Shown piece after piece: positions 47,101 to 60,800 of a stretch of 64,000 nucleotides of DNA. Under the pieces are notes generated by a model. That model did no database searches. It saw only the letters and a program-made list of their open reading frames with translations, and was not told the origin of the DNA. Source of the stretch: Takakia lepidozioides (Eukaryota > Plantae > Bryophyta); assembly GCA_030704615.1 (NCBI GenBank), contig CM060732.1, positions 63,798,001 through 63,862,000 on the forward strand, given 5' to 3'. The stretch's first letter is position 1. Every line of letters begins with the position of its first letter. A program made the translations under genes and the position numbers.

Positions 47101-50100
47101 CTGAGCCTTGTCTTCTAGTACAGTAGTCACATCATGTGCGGTATGGTCTACACCGTATCTGCCATTCATTTTGGGCAAAGTGGCTACCTTTGTATTTTGG
47201 ACATTATGTGAAGATCTCCAAGTTGATTGCTGGGGTGGATGTGTTCAGATGAGCGGCATCAGTGTCGTAGGGCGCAATAAGTATGGTTGCTTCCCACTGC
47301 GGGGAAAGCTGCTGAATGTACGTGAAGCCAGCCACAAGCAGATCATGGAAAATGCGGAGATCAACAACATAAAGCGCATTCTTGGACTCCAGCATGGCAA
47401 GGACTATGAGAGTATCAAATCTCTACGTTATGGCCACCTAATGATAATGACAGACCAGGTTTCTATCTTTCTGCAAATGATGAGTGAAATTTTTGTTCCT
47501 AGTTCATGGAAGATGATGCAACTCATTCTGTCATTGTTGTTAACAACTTTTAAAACATTGGCTAGTATACGTGCATCAAAAGGCACCCATTCTGTAGAGG
47601 AATATTATTGAGATGCACACCAGCAACAGTGGGATTTGTGTGTTATTTGTCATGATTGTCAACTGGCATAGGATTGAATTCTTTTTGCAGGATCATGATG
47701 GTTCCCATATCAAGGGTTTGCTCATCAATTTTATACACTCCTTTTGGCCATCCCTTCTGAAGATTCCATCTTTTCTTGTGGAATTCATCACCCCCATCGT
47801 CAAGGTACTTGCATCTTTGCCTGGTCTTTGTCATACTTGGGCATGTTGGGCCTCCTGCTTAAGGAAGAAATGCTTTTCTATTCTCCTTTCTGGTTATCAT
47901 GGAAGAGGCATATTAGCATGGAAGTCCAGAAAATCCTTGCCTTTTAAGAGATGCTTCACAAGGTGTTGTCCTCATGCATGTTCTCAAAATGCATCTGCCT
48001 TCATTACTGATTGATTTATATTCTTGCAGCTTGCTATCTTCTGCTAAGATAGGCCTCCTTGCAGTGCAGGCAGTTTTTCTTTGCTTGTTGTTTGGCGAAG
48101 CTGATTTGAACTCGTTGATGGGTGCAGGCAACTCACAAAAGCAAGGGAGTGCTATCTTTCTATACCATGCCTCAATATGAGTCCTGGAAAGAGTCACTTG
48201 CAGGTCAAACAAAAGGGTGGACCATAAAGTATTATAAGGTATGTTGATATGGCCCTAAACTATAGCTGTTACTTTTCAAACATGTTATATCAATGAATTC
48301 CTCGTTGCACATGCTGTAGGACGTCCTCCAAATCTGCTGTCACTATTCCATCGGAGGAGGTGTATTCATCGTACAGTTGAGCAGTTTTCCTGGGGCATCA
48401 ATGCTTCTTCACTGTAAACAGCGAGAAGGTGTTGCAGGTCAAATACTGATTAGAGTTTCTCCAAGTGTTTTTCCTCAGTCGTGGAACAAAATGTCATGGC
48501 TTACTGAAGCTGATGAGACTGCTGAATGAAGACTACCTTCCATGCTGTGCATTAGAGCTTTTGGGTGGTTATTTCCACAGTGAAAAGTATCTGAGAGCTG
48601 TCCCGGTGACTGGCAGGGTCTGGGTACCAGTACTGCAGCAGAGGGCAAAGAATACTTCCGTGAATTGGCAAGACACAAAAAGGATTTCCAATGGGAGAGT
48701 GAAGTGGATGGTGATGCAATTGAGATGGCCTTCAGCAAAAAGAAAGTGGAAGCTCGCAAGACCTGGCTGCGGCACTATGAGGTGCATATTGTATTCATTT
48801 AAGTATGACTTGAGGGCTTGCAGATGGCAATGGCAGGGTCTCGTGATAGTGGATTCATTGTCGTGTTGTTGTAAGTTGAATTGAAGTGCTCACCATCCAT
48901 TGTCTCTGTGTGTGCGGCAGCCGGGGACATTTCTGGACCAAACTGCAGAGGTGGTGAAGTACAGTGATTTTGTGAACAAGGAACTTATCCTCTTCTCTAT
49001 GGCTGATTTATCAAGATCAATCCCATCCATGGTAGACGGGCTGAAGCCTGGCCAGCGCAAAATTCTTTTCTGCTGCTTCAAGCGCAACTTTGTGAAAGAG
49101 GCTAAGGTTGTCCTGCACCCATGGTCTTGCCAAGTTGCTGGTGTTATATTGGGGTGAAGGTTTCCCTTTCAACAGACTGTTTGTCATAAAGCTGCAGTAT
49201 GATTACTTGAGAGCTCTCAGTGTTGCTGAATTGGGTGTGCCTTCACCTACCCCGGCAGATAAAATAAGGTGTTCATTATGTTTTTACTGCACATTTGAAG
49301 TATGTGCACAGTTAAAGGATGTGTTTGTTCACAGGTGGCCCAATTCTCAGGGTATGTGTCAGAGCACTCTGCCTATCATCATGGGGAGCAGAGTTTGGCC
49401 AGCACCATCATTGGAATGGCTCAAAATTATGTAGGCAGTAACAACATCAACCTGCTTGCTCCTGGTGGTCAATTCGGCAATCGAGACCAGGTATGTTCAG
49501 AGCCTCTCAGCAGCTGCTGTGGGTTTTGTGTTCCAATTAATAATCTTGTGCTGAAATCAATGGGGAACTTTTCATGGTCTGCAAAAAGCTCCAAATACAT
49601 CTCCTTGGAGTGAGTTGGATACCCACAAGTGATATTGTCTTGTGTACAATATAGTTGTCCTATCTTATATGGCACCATGTAAAACTTCAACCCTCACGTA
49701 TTAGTGGGGATGGTTTCTGGCCTCACATGCAGGGTGGAAAGAATCATGCCAGTGCTCGGTACATCTTCACATGTCTGGAACCAATCACACGTCTGCTGTT
49801 TCCACAAGCTGATGATGTGCTACTGGACTATTTGAAGGAGGATGGTCAATCAATTGAGCCTGCCTGGTTTGCCATCTCAACTTTGGCTATTGCGCTAGAG
49901 GCCTTTGGTTGGTGTTAGAATCATCTGCTGACAGCACCTGATTGATAATGAATCTGTGTGCATGCATATTCATTGAACATTGGGTTGCATATCCAGCACT
50001 GCTCCAGCAAGAATACATGAACCTTCATTGAGATAGATCTACCTGTAGCATATTATCAATTCCAGCACCGGCTGACTGAGAGTGGATGAGGAGACTGCAG

Positions 50101-51071
50101 GTATGCACCAGTCATCCCCTTGGTGCTGGTGAATGGAAGTGAAGGCATTGGCACAGGGTGGAGTTCCTTTGTTCCTAACTACAATCCACGTGACATTGTG
50201 GCCAACATACGCCACCTCCTCCAAGATGAGCCAATGGAGCCTATGGATCCTTGGTACAAGGGTTTCAAGGTATACTCCACATTCTTTGTACATGATGTGG
50301 AGATATAACTTGCTTCGATTAGGTTGGTACAACAGTTGTTGCTGCCAACTTCGAGATTGTTTTAGCAGCTATGAGTATGCTCCTAAGGCTCTGCTGATCT
50401 CTGTAGAAGAGACGTCACTTCTTGAAGGTTTCTGGCTGGTTTCCATTGTATTATCTGATGCTTTACTAGTCTAAGCTTGTGACTGTACCAGGGCATGATT
50501 GAGCGGTCAGCCACGAAGGAAACTGGTGTAACCTACACCATCACCGGAATCATTGAACAGGTGGATGAAACAACTCTGAAGATATCAGAATTACCAGTGC
50601 GCAAGTGGACCCAGGACTACAAAGAGTTTCTTGAGGCCATGATGACAGCAACTGAGAAGATCAAGGAGCCTTTTATCAAGGTGTGTAATGAGGTTCCACA
50701 TCCATTTGAGGTCCTGCAATTTACTTCACAAGCACATGGGCCAGTTATGCTTAAAGCAATTAATGATGAATGAGTCAGTTACATCAGTTTTTAAAAGTTA
50801 TTTGTTTACTCCATCAATTCAATATTTGTATACCTTTTCTGAAAATATTTATGAACGACAGGACTACCGGGAGCACAATACAGACACAAAGGTCCACTTC
50901 GAGATTCTGCTTTCTGAAGAAAACATGGCGATAGCAGAAGCAGAGGGCCTGATCAAAAGGTTCAAGTTGACGACAACAATCAGCACCAGTAACATGCACC
51001 TATTTGATGCATCAGGCAAAATAAAGAAATACGAGACCCCTGAGCAAAGTATCCTTTCTATGTTACCTGTC

Positions 51072-51102
<31 letters not shown>

Positions 51103-53206
51103 TGGGATCGCATAGCACTCTGCTTTTGAGGATGGTAACCTTGCTGGATTAGTGGAGAGATTATGTTGTCTGGGTCTGGCTTCTCACAATTGACTTTTTC
51201 TGGTCTTCCTGGAGGTTGCAACTTAACCAGCTTGCAGTCTTGGAAGAGTTTTTTGGCATTCGCTTGGAGCTCTATGTCAGGAGAAAGGTATGGGCCAGCA
51301 AAGCTCTCTTGTTGACACCCAAACCAGTATCATTCCCCCTTGAATAGGAAACCATTTTCTAACTCTTAGCTACTCTGCTGATTCCAGTACTTTCTGGTGA
51401 TTTCTTTTCTGCCTTTCTGTGAGGTTATTGGTTTGAAGATACATGACTGACTTATGAAAGCAAGTCTGCATATTGTAACCTGTGGGATGTTGGAAGAGAG
51501 TGTCGAGTAAGTTCCTGAACTAAATTATGGTAGCCATGTAGTGTTTTCGATAGTACATGCTAGATAGTAAATGCTAGATAGTCATACCTTTCTGCAGGTA
51601 CAATTGAGGACTACTGGCTGGTCTGTGAAGTATTCAGACATTCCTGGAAGAACTGCATATTAGGAAGGCTAGTTGATATTTTTCGCTGTGCTCTTTGCAA
51701 AATTTTCATGCTGATTACTGCTGGGTATGTAATGAATGCAGGCAATCCAGCTTCAGAACCTGCAATATGAACTCTTAAAAGTGGATAACAAGGTGCGATT
51801 CATCTTGGGAGTTGTGCGGGGGGAGATTATTGTGAGCAACCGCAAGCGTGCGGATCTTTTGGGGGAGCTAAAGGCCAAAGGATTCACCCCATTCCCAAAG
51901 AACTCGAAGTCCTTGGACCCTCCAGTGGTTGGCGCAGATGCCTCCCTGCCTGAGGGAGAGGATGCCGCAGAAGAGGTAAAATTTCTCATATTCTGGACTC
52001 CTACGTTTTGCAATTGACAAGTGATCGATTGCAGTGTTGTCATTGGTGTGGACTTGCATTGTTGGGCTTTCACTCGGTTCTCTGGCACCATGTTCATCTG
52101 TACCTCATAGTACAAAAGATTGAAACCATCGGTGTTTGTGGTGTGGACCTTTCGTAATCAGGAGGAGAAAGGCAAAGGAGGTGTCCGGCCTGCTGACTAT
52201 GAGTACTTGCTGTCAATGGCAATTGGAACACTCACATTTGAGAAAGTCGAGGAACTTCGCAACGAGCGTGACAAGATGGAAGCTGATGTGGAGGAGCTCA
52301 AACGAGCTACCCCCAAATCTTTGTGGGAGCGAGACCTGGATGCCTTCCTTGTACAGCTGGAGGTATGGTGATTCTTGTTCTGAAACAGGTTGATGGAGAT
52401 AGAGAATGTATTCATAAGACTTGTTTGCCAGAGAGAGAGAGAGGGGAGTTGGGGGGGGGAGAGGGAAGTGCCAGGAAGGCAGTCCACCTCAGGGATGGAA
52501 GTGGTGATGGGAGCTGCTGGATGGGACAGGCCCAGGAGTTGAAGGAGGCTAAGGTTGAGGCGTATGAGGCCAAGCACGAAGCAAAGGAGGGGGCACATGT
52601 CTTCAAACGAGCTGGTGCCAAGGGTCCCAAGAAGGAGACCAAAAGTAAGAAGCCTGCAGCCGAGACCCCAGTGGAGGTTGAAGCTCATGCAGTCAGCAAG
52701 CCAGCGCCAAAGAGTGCGTATCAAAACTATTCCCCTGTCCTTGTGAATATTTGGGCGGGAGTGCCTGGAATTTCCTGTCGCTGCGTTCTAGTGACTTCGA
52801 GATACTGACATTATTTTGTTCACTTTCAGAACAAACCCAAGGTGCGACGACAACTGAAGAAGTCACTGGAGTCGTGGGCAAGAAACCTGCCAAGAAACGT
52901 ATCCAGAAGCTGGCTGCAAGTGACAAAGTGCAGGCAAGTACTTCTGTAGTGCAGCTGGACTCCCCATACAGGAAGTCGCCTGACAAAAAAGTGCGAAAGA
53001 TCCGGGTGTCTCCCTTCCACAAGAAGACTGTTTCTGCGCTTGCAAAGCCGCTTCCTGAATCTGAAGCAGTTGCGCGTCCCAAACGGTCAAATCGCACGGT
53101 TCCTCAGTACACCATACTTAGCTCGAGCAGTGAGGACGACAAGAAGAATGGGGGTGATAGTGAGAGTGAGAGCGAGGACTTCGACTTCGAGGATGATGAC
53201 TTTTGA
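44162..53206 (+). CDS. TOP2: DNA topoisomerase II (type IIA, eukaryotic), ~22 exons
   Basis: KTIEETYQKKTQLEHILLRPDTYVGS; FDEILVNAADN; GGRNGFGAKLANIFS; TLILTEGDSAKALA; PLRGKLLNVR; MTDQDHDGSHIKGL; DGLKPGQRK; catalytic ASARYIFT; acidic C-terminus ending TGA at 53206. Start exon MEGSMADQENVGVVKRK (44162-44212) splices in phase to 44310. The C-terminal exons near 52.4-52.8 kb are less certain. Confidence 0.97.
51074..51102 (+). repeat. Poly-G tract in a TOP2 intron
   Basis: Run of ~29 G. Confidence 0.9.
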
Positions 53207-54800
53207 AAAGCTAAGTCCTGGGCCGTCTCATTGATGTAAATACAGTATTTGGGAATGTAGAGTCATGGTTATTGATGATAATCGTTTGTAAGGCAGGCTC
53301 CTGTTGTACAATACAATTTTGAGAACGATTAATTTTTTGTTTCCTTGCTGTCAATTGTGTGTTTTGCTTGGAAGTATTCTCATGACAGCCTGGGCGGGGA
53401 AGAGATACACCCCTTCGGAGTAATGTGAACTCCAGAAATGGACTCTTTCGTTTGAGTTTCTAAACTCGGTTATCTTTCTTCGTCTTGACCACGAGAAGAG
53501 AGCGAAATCTGAAAAAGATAACAATATATACCTAGTTCCCTTGACTCTCCTTTCGGTTTCTCTGGAATAGGGAAGATCGAAATTGTTGCTACGTGTAAGT
53601 AGCTAAAACTGTAATTTCTACCGTATTTTGTAAGAGGAACGGAGTGTAAAAGTAGGAGGGCAGAATTGGCTCTTCATAGCCAGTTTGGAGTTCTGTTATG
53701 ACTTGCAACTTGGAGCATCCACAATATGTAAGCAGCTGAGTGCATGAGTGTTTAATAGCAAGCTTGAATAGTCTGCAGTCTCTGTAGGAGGGTAAGGTGG
53801 TAGGTTAATGCTGTAGTAGGTAGTTGGCTCAGCTAAGAAAGGCTTGCTTTGTACTCTGATTACTTGTTGCAGTTGCTTACATAAACGTGGAGGAGTTCGT
53901 GGAAGGTTGTGGAAAGGCTGATATACCGTGGGAGAGACAGCATTGGTGAAGGTTGAATATCATCAAAATAACAGATTTTAGTGCCTTCTCTACGTTCCAT
54001 TTTCTGCATGGTGTTGATGGAGTTGATGGTGTCTAGAGTACAGGCAAAACTTCTTTTTGTGATTAGGTTCCTTACCAGTCTGCATACTCTTTGGTCACAT
54101 CCATCTTTCATCCTTTTGGTGTTGAAGTAATTTCCTCGCATGCTGATACATACTCGACTACTTCATGCAAGTAATTTGTAACATGGAGAATCCATAAGAC
54201 ATAAGGTACATGGAACAATCCTCGTTTCCCCTACAATTGCTGGGTCTGTCAAGTGCCTAAAACAGACATACAACGGCAGAGAGCTGTGGGGAGTCGTCTG
54301 ACAAAGTGAAAGTGCAAGTAAAACACCAGTCACTACCCAGGCGGTTTAATGCAATAATCTCCTTAAACATGCCAGCTTGGCTTTACAGTGATGCAAGAAT
54401 GTGGCAGCGCCCTTTTCTAAGTGGGATGACTGTGTGTAGAACTTTACCAAACCCCTAGTGCTAAGCCAGGGCTCCTATACTTTGCCTGAACTGAAATCCC
54501 AGAACTCTCTGATAGACTAAGCTATGCAGCTCCATTTGTTGTGTATACACATTTGCTGCTGGATCCAATATGTGAAACAGGAAGAGCTACTTTGTGGGGG
54601 GAACCATGAAGTGTCAATCACATCCATCTCAATGACCTAGTGCATCCTAGTCAAATAAAGAATAACTTGATTCACTACTCTGTTGAGGAAGACCTTCCTA
54701 CCAAACATGTTATCTGAGAATCCTCAATATCATTTCGTTCCAATTCTGGAACTCCTATACACAAGACCACACATGAGAGACTGCTCAATAGATAGAACCA

Positions 54801-57800
54801 TCATCCATCCTCCTTTGCCGCTTCCTCCTTGCGTATTCTTTCCTCCTCCTCCTTGTTGTAGATGGCATTCAATTGGCGTTCAAGCTGAAATCACAAATAC
54901 ATCACTCAACTTTACATGAGCATCAGAACCTTTTCTCCATCTTCTGTCTATTCTGACAGCACTTGCTAAGATTAAAATTGGGATTAGTTCAAGAGCACCT
55001 CTACAAAAACGAATGTAGTTTTAGTCACCCTCTCCGACCCCATTGATCATTGAGAACTCAACAATCTACGCATCCTAGGGAAGCCAGGGAACTGTCAGGG
55101 GAGGCAATGTTCACAGAGACTAGATTATTGATGAATGCATGATGGTGCTAGCTATTGAGGAAAACCAACGCACCCCAACATTTCTCCTCTTGACAATTTG
55201 AAGCTCCTCCATAAGAGTTGCCACCCTGTTAAATCCACTCAGGAATCATACACAAAACATTGGTTAGAACACCGCCTATGCTCAACTAACTGGAAGATGC
55301 ACGATTTGTGCACATTGTCTACTATCCAATGTATCTGATGAAGTTACAAGAGGATTGGCTGATTATACGTGATAATACCTGCCCTGCAAGTCAGTAACTT
55401 GCTGAAGAAGCTCCCGCTCTCTATCTGATGAGACCTCCGACTGAGAAGGCAAAAATTCAGACTGTGAAGGGTCTTCACACTTTTGACTAAAAAAACTTGT
55501 TAACACTTTCAAAACAAACAAACACACAGCTGACACTAGATTAGAACGTTTCACCATTTGCAACTGACATGCTATATTGCTTCATTAGCACTTAAAGCCT
55601 TTTTGGGCCCAAAACACAAAAATGATGAGCGAAGACGAACACTATTTCTTTATTGTATACCATCGAAACGAGAGGGGCTGTGCTCCTAATGGAACTGAGC
55701 TGATTGTAGAAACCTTTTTCAAGGCTATCTGGAAGGTCTTAGGTAGCCAGAACTGATCTGCTTTCGAGAGGTAGGTCTTATTACTGGATAAGCCCTTGTT
55801 GTGATATGGATTATCTATCCCATTAGGATAACCAGCCATGAATGACATGAAAAGTTTTTGACTATCCAATAAGGACGATGAGCCATATACAAGACCATGC
55901 AAGCAACTCTAAAAGACTCACCTCTTATCAACAATAATAGTGACCCCAATCCCCTGACACACCTTCTCTATGTTCACCAACCAGGCTACGGCAAACAACG
56001 TCTTATGAGTACAATATGTTCACCAACCTACTTCCACAGAACTCTAGAAGTGACTCACCGAAAATTCGCTGGTAGAATTAACACTTGAGCTCCGTAAATT
56101 CTTCGAAGCAACATGCAACCGTTGAGCTGGAAACACCATGTACTATCCAGAGAATCAGGATGAGTAGAAAGACAAGACCAGCCCAGTCTAGGCATTCTCA
56201 CATTCAGTTATGGGTCCAAGATGAGCGGGAACAGATTCAAGTCAAGGTGTTGGGCACCCTGCTACTAACCCATCAGGAGCCATGGTCACCGTCCATGACA
56301 AATGTCTGTAGAAGTGCTGTGAAGTCAAAGAATCATCTTGCCCATTTCTATGTGTGCCTATGAGGTTTTGACCAGATGGTTTCTCCATGCACCTTTTCCT
56401 CGTCTATCTCACCTCTGCTATCATTGCCATGCGGGCTACTAAAACCTTACTTCGAGACCAACAACTTTCTGAACTACTGAAGTCATCAAGATCTTCCATA
56501 TGTTGTAAGCAATTCATGATCTGACGCCATGACAATCAAATACATAGAACTTTCTTTATTTGTTTCTTTCAGAGAACCTTGGCACTTCAAAAGAAAAGAG
56601 GGGCAAAACTCACCATTAGTGGCGTCAGTTGGAGAAATGCCACTCAAAAGACTAATTACCAGCTCCTGCCATGCCGCACACATCACCGGCCTTATCATTT
56701 TGTAGAAGTTTAAAAGTCATATGCAATGTTTCTGAACTTGAGGATTCAAGCTCCATAAAAGCTGAAACCTTGGTTTGAAACGAGCCTTCTGTTACTTTCT
56801 GTCTAGGGGCAGCAACAGCTGTCACAATCAAGATCAGCTTCAAGTACCAAAGTCAAGGTGACTGCATTCCTGCTTTAGAAAAAGCAGGGTGTCTCTGCAC
56901 CTCTCGCAATAAGATATTGCTGGGCTTGAGTTTGACACAAAAGGGGCTACACAATGGAAAGGTTGGCACCATGCTCTGCAGGGTGGAGACCTCTGAGGCT
57001 GCTACAGATGGAGAGAGTCCTTGTGGACAGCGAGGTGGTGAACTCAAGTCTAGTTACCGGGAAGTCGAGTTAGTGGTTCATGAGCCATGAGCCATGAGCG
57101 GCATGAACCATGAGCAGAGTCGTATGTGTTGAAAAAAAACATGAGGACAAAAAATCACTAAAATCCTACATCCCCTCACAATTTTAAATTGCTATATAGG
57201 TGTAGGTATCGACTACATGCCTAAACTCCAACCTCAAATTTGGCTACCATACTTCAAAATGAACCCAAGGTGCACGTCAAGGAACTCCACGTCTGTGCCA
57301 AGCCAACAAACCTGGACTTCTGCTGGTAAAGCGCACAATATCTACAAGAATCTTCTTCTACACACAAAAGACAACCAAAGCCTGAAAGTGTATGAAAGAC
57401 CTCAATTACCTGTTGAGCGGCAGAATGAAGGAGAAGGTTTTGCAAATGAGGGATAATAGCAGCAACAGGCACACTCGTGCTGCTGCTTTGGTTTGATGAC
57501 GATGGCGGTGCTGCTGATGGTTGCTGCTGCTGCTGAAGTCCCTGCGCCCATCACAATGTGCATTAGATCCATGCCATACACCAAACCAAATCATGTCTGT
57601 CCAACACACACATTGGAAACTTGGTCTTGGGGTTTAGGAAGGTTTTAACAAGAGATTTGAACACCCAATCTTCATGGCAGAGTACGACTTCCCAGCATGT
57701 ACTTAACAGCCCTGCATGTGATTCCTACACTCTGCAAACTGTAGGACAACAGCAAAGCCGGGTCCGTACATTCCCAGAATGATGTTATGATCACGGCTGT

Positions 57801-60800
57801 CATGATTGCACGTGAAACTCCCAACATCTGATTGAGATTTGTTCCTGAAGTCTTTCCTTGCTAGCAATAACCAAGCGGGGAACCCGAGGTGACATGAAAA
57901 CAAATTCCCCAGTGCCTTGTTCTAACAAGGACGAGAATGATAATCCATGAGCACTAGTGAAAGAGCAACCACACTGAAGCCAAGGGCTGAAAGCATACTG
58001 GGTGCCTTTGATCAGATGACCAGTCCCCGACACTGGCAGACTTGTGGATCGAAGGTGTCTGCAACAAAAGTGCACATATGTGCACAGCCATCATAAATGA
58101 GTACCCCCCATAGCCCCTCCCCGCCGGCCCTCAACGTGTGAGTTTATCCCTAGCCTGAGGTAACCTCTAATTCATGTCACAACTGCCCTCTGTAACTCCC
58201 ACAGCAGAATAAGAAACAAAAAGAACTGCTGCTGGAGTGCAGACAAATAGAGAGTACTCGGCCTTGCCTTTCGTCAACATTGCAGGAACCCCTCATGGTT
58301 AACCCACACATCTACAACTCGATGGCCACCAGAGTTGGAATGAGCCCAAGCAAACCGTCCTATTGTCAGGTAGCTTCAGCCACGAGGTTGGAGCAGGAGG
58401 ACACGCACCCTCGTTGCAAGTTACACACTTGCAAAGAGAAAGAGAACTTGTCGACAGTCCCAAAACAACTGAGAGGTAAGGGAGCAGCTGCATAAGGCTG
58501 ATCGGAAATCAACCTTGCATCTCCGACATTTCACAGAAGAAAAGGAGACAATGTAGCAGTGCAAAATAGAACCAACCTGTGAGCTTGCAATTCGTCGTGT
58601 GCTAATATGCGGTGGGTCCTACACAACCATAGTTGCACAACAAAAGAAGAACAAACATGTCATAATGCACGAGAACTAAAAGACCACTTTCATGTCAATG
58701 GTTTGTACTTTAAGCACTGCTTGCTGCTGATCAGGGGTCCCTCAAATGTGAATGCATGGAGTGCCTGGCCAGTACATGCACAAGCATTTTGTACAAAAGA
58801 GAAAAGTATTTTAATCGTTTCTGAATTATCACGTCTGCAGAATAAAAATGCAGACGAATAGTGCTGCCCACCTGCTCCATTCATTTTCTCTTGGCTCTCA
58901 GGCTGAGAAAACTTACAGTTGCGTGCAGTCAACAGCTGCATTAAAGAATGGCCAAGGTATAATGCACACCTTTCAACCAATCGCGATGGTTGAGGAGTAT
59001 AATGTCACTGAGTGACATTATCACATACCCCTTACCTTCTGGTCCACAATGGAACAGCAATGTGCTCTTCAAGTAGCATCTAGGAGGGCCTTTAGAGCTA
59101 TTTGATACCAAGTTCCCCCGCTTTAAGTCCCTGGTGGTTGATGGATTGTACGAGTATGATTTTCGGGGTTTGCAATTATCCCATCATCAAATCATGTAGC
59201 CATTGCTGCTCCTTCAATCTGAATGTTGTCTTCTTCCTTCCAAATAAGAAGACTGACAAGTTTTGCACCACACCAGGCATCTACTGCTATCAGTTCCACC
59301 AGAAAATCACAGACACTACACACAAGCCATGCTCCATTACCTCCAAGTCCATATCATCTGAAGTGACCGAAAAGCGACCTCTCTGAACTATGGGCCCCTT
59401 CTGAACAGGTCCCTTCAGTTTCTCCTCTGTAACTTCCTTATTTCCTGTCACCACAATTGGGTAAAACCAAAGAGCCGATGTTACCAGACATGAAGGCTAC
59501 AAAATTTGAAGAAAGAAACATGTCATTTGCTAGCAATTACCACGCCTAGAATCATACTGGTAAGGCTTTTGGAGCAAAGAGACCATGGTTGAATGTAGAG
59601 CTGTATAAGCTACACAAGGTCAACTGGGGACGTAAGTCTACCACGTGTGCCAGGATTTGCTGAGTTCTCTGCTGGAATAACTTGCACTTATGGAGAACCC
59701 TCCGTGCTATTCCAGTCTCCAGTTGAAGCAATAACATGAGACCCACCAGGTGAGACGCAGGTGCCTCTAAGTCCAGTATTCCTTAGTTATTAATAATGTA
59801 GATTCACCTAATTGCATGTGACAATTACATTAAAATGTTAAAAGTTTTTCCACACAATGCTAGCAGAGGCAAATGTCAGAATCCTGACACCAAAACGAAA
59901 CGGGAGGGCAGCCATTTCAGGACTAGTTTTTCACCAACCATTTCCTAGCTGCCACAAAGGGTAGAACTATAGCATGTCACATCTGCAAGTGGCAAGCGAA
60001 CCATGAAGCAAACCCCAAAGGCATTGCCAGCTTTGCTGCATATACCTGAAGTAGAGATGCTTAAATGAGTGGCCTCACAACCAACTGCCACAAACAGACA
60101 GCCTAGGATCATATTTGTTTTGGTAGAAGAAAAGGGAGCATAACATACCAGAGGAAGGTCTCGAAACCCCTTGCACTCCATTGGCAGGTCGATGGTCCAG
60201 CATGGCCCGCTCTCCACTTGCTGTCAAAGGCCCACTTGAGGCTCGTTCCCTATAGTTAGACCGTGAAGAATCCTCACATGCTCGGCAACCTTGGTGGTGA
60301 TCCTTGTCCCTTCAGATTGATCAATCACAGGACAATAAGTCACAAGGATATGTCAAATAGAAAATAAAAACTGCTTCATAAAATCCATGGGCCCCAAATG
60401 CCATGAAACAAAGCACAACAGGCATAATTACCACGTTAGAAGACTCCAAATGGCCCCCAAAGATGCAGTGCCTCATGTAGGTAAGTTGCAAAGCACTTCT
60501 GGTTCTCAAAGCTAAAGGCTGCAACATTAGGCGAGAGAAATGAAATGCTTTATAACGTCCGCGGAAAGCTCATAGAGCTTATGGGACAAAATGGAAAGAA
60601 GAAAAGAGACTTGGTAATACAAATATGCAGCTTTATCAGAACCAGACATGAGGACTTAGACCTGAAGCCAGAGTTCACTTTATAATTGGACGAGCTCACA
60701 ACAATCTCGTATTTTCCGATTACGAAGTCCCTGCACGGTTGGGGTTTTGGTGGATGCACAAACAATGAGTTCAGAAAAGGAAGCAGCCTCACCTGTCGCG

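Noticed and set aside
59000-59020. Palindrome TAATGTCACTGAGTGACATTA, and CATGAGC repeats at ~57078-57113
   Set aside because: Isolated short intronic features with no supporting context.
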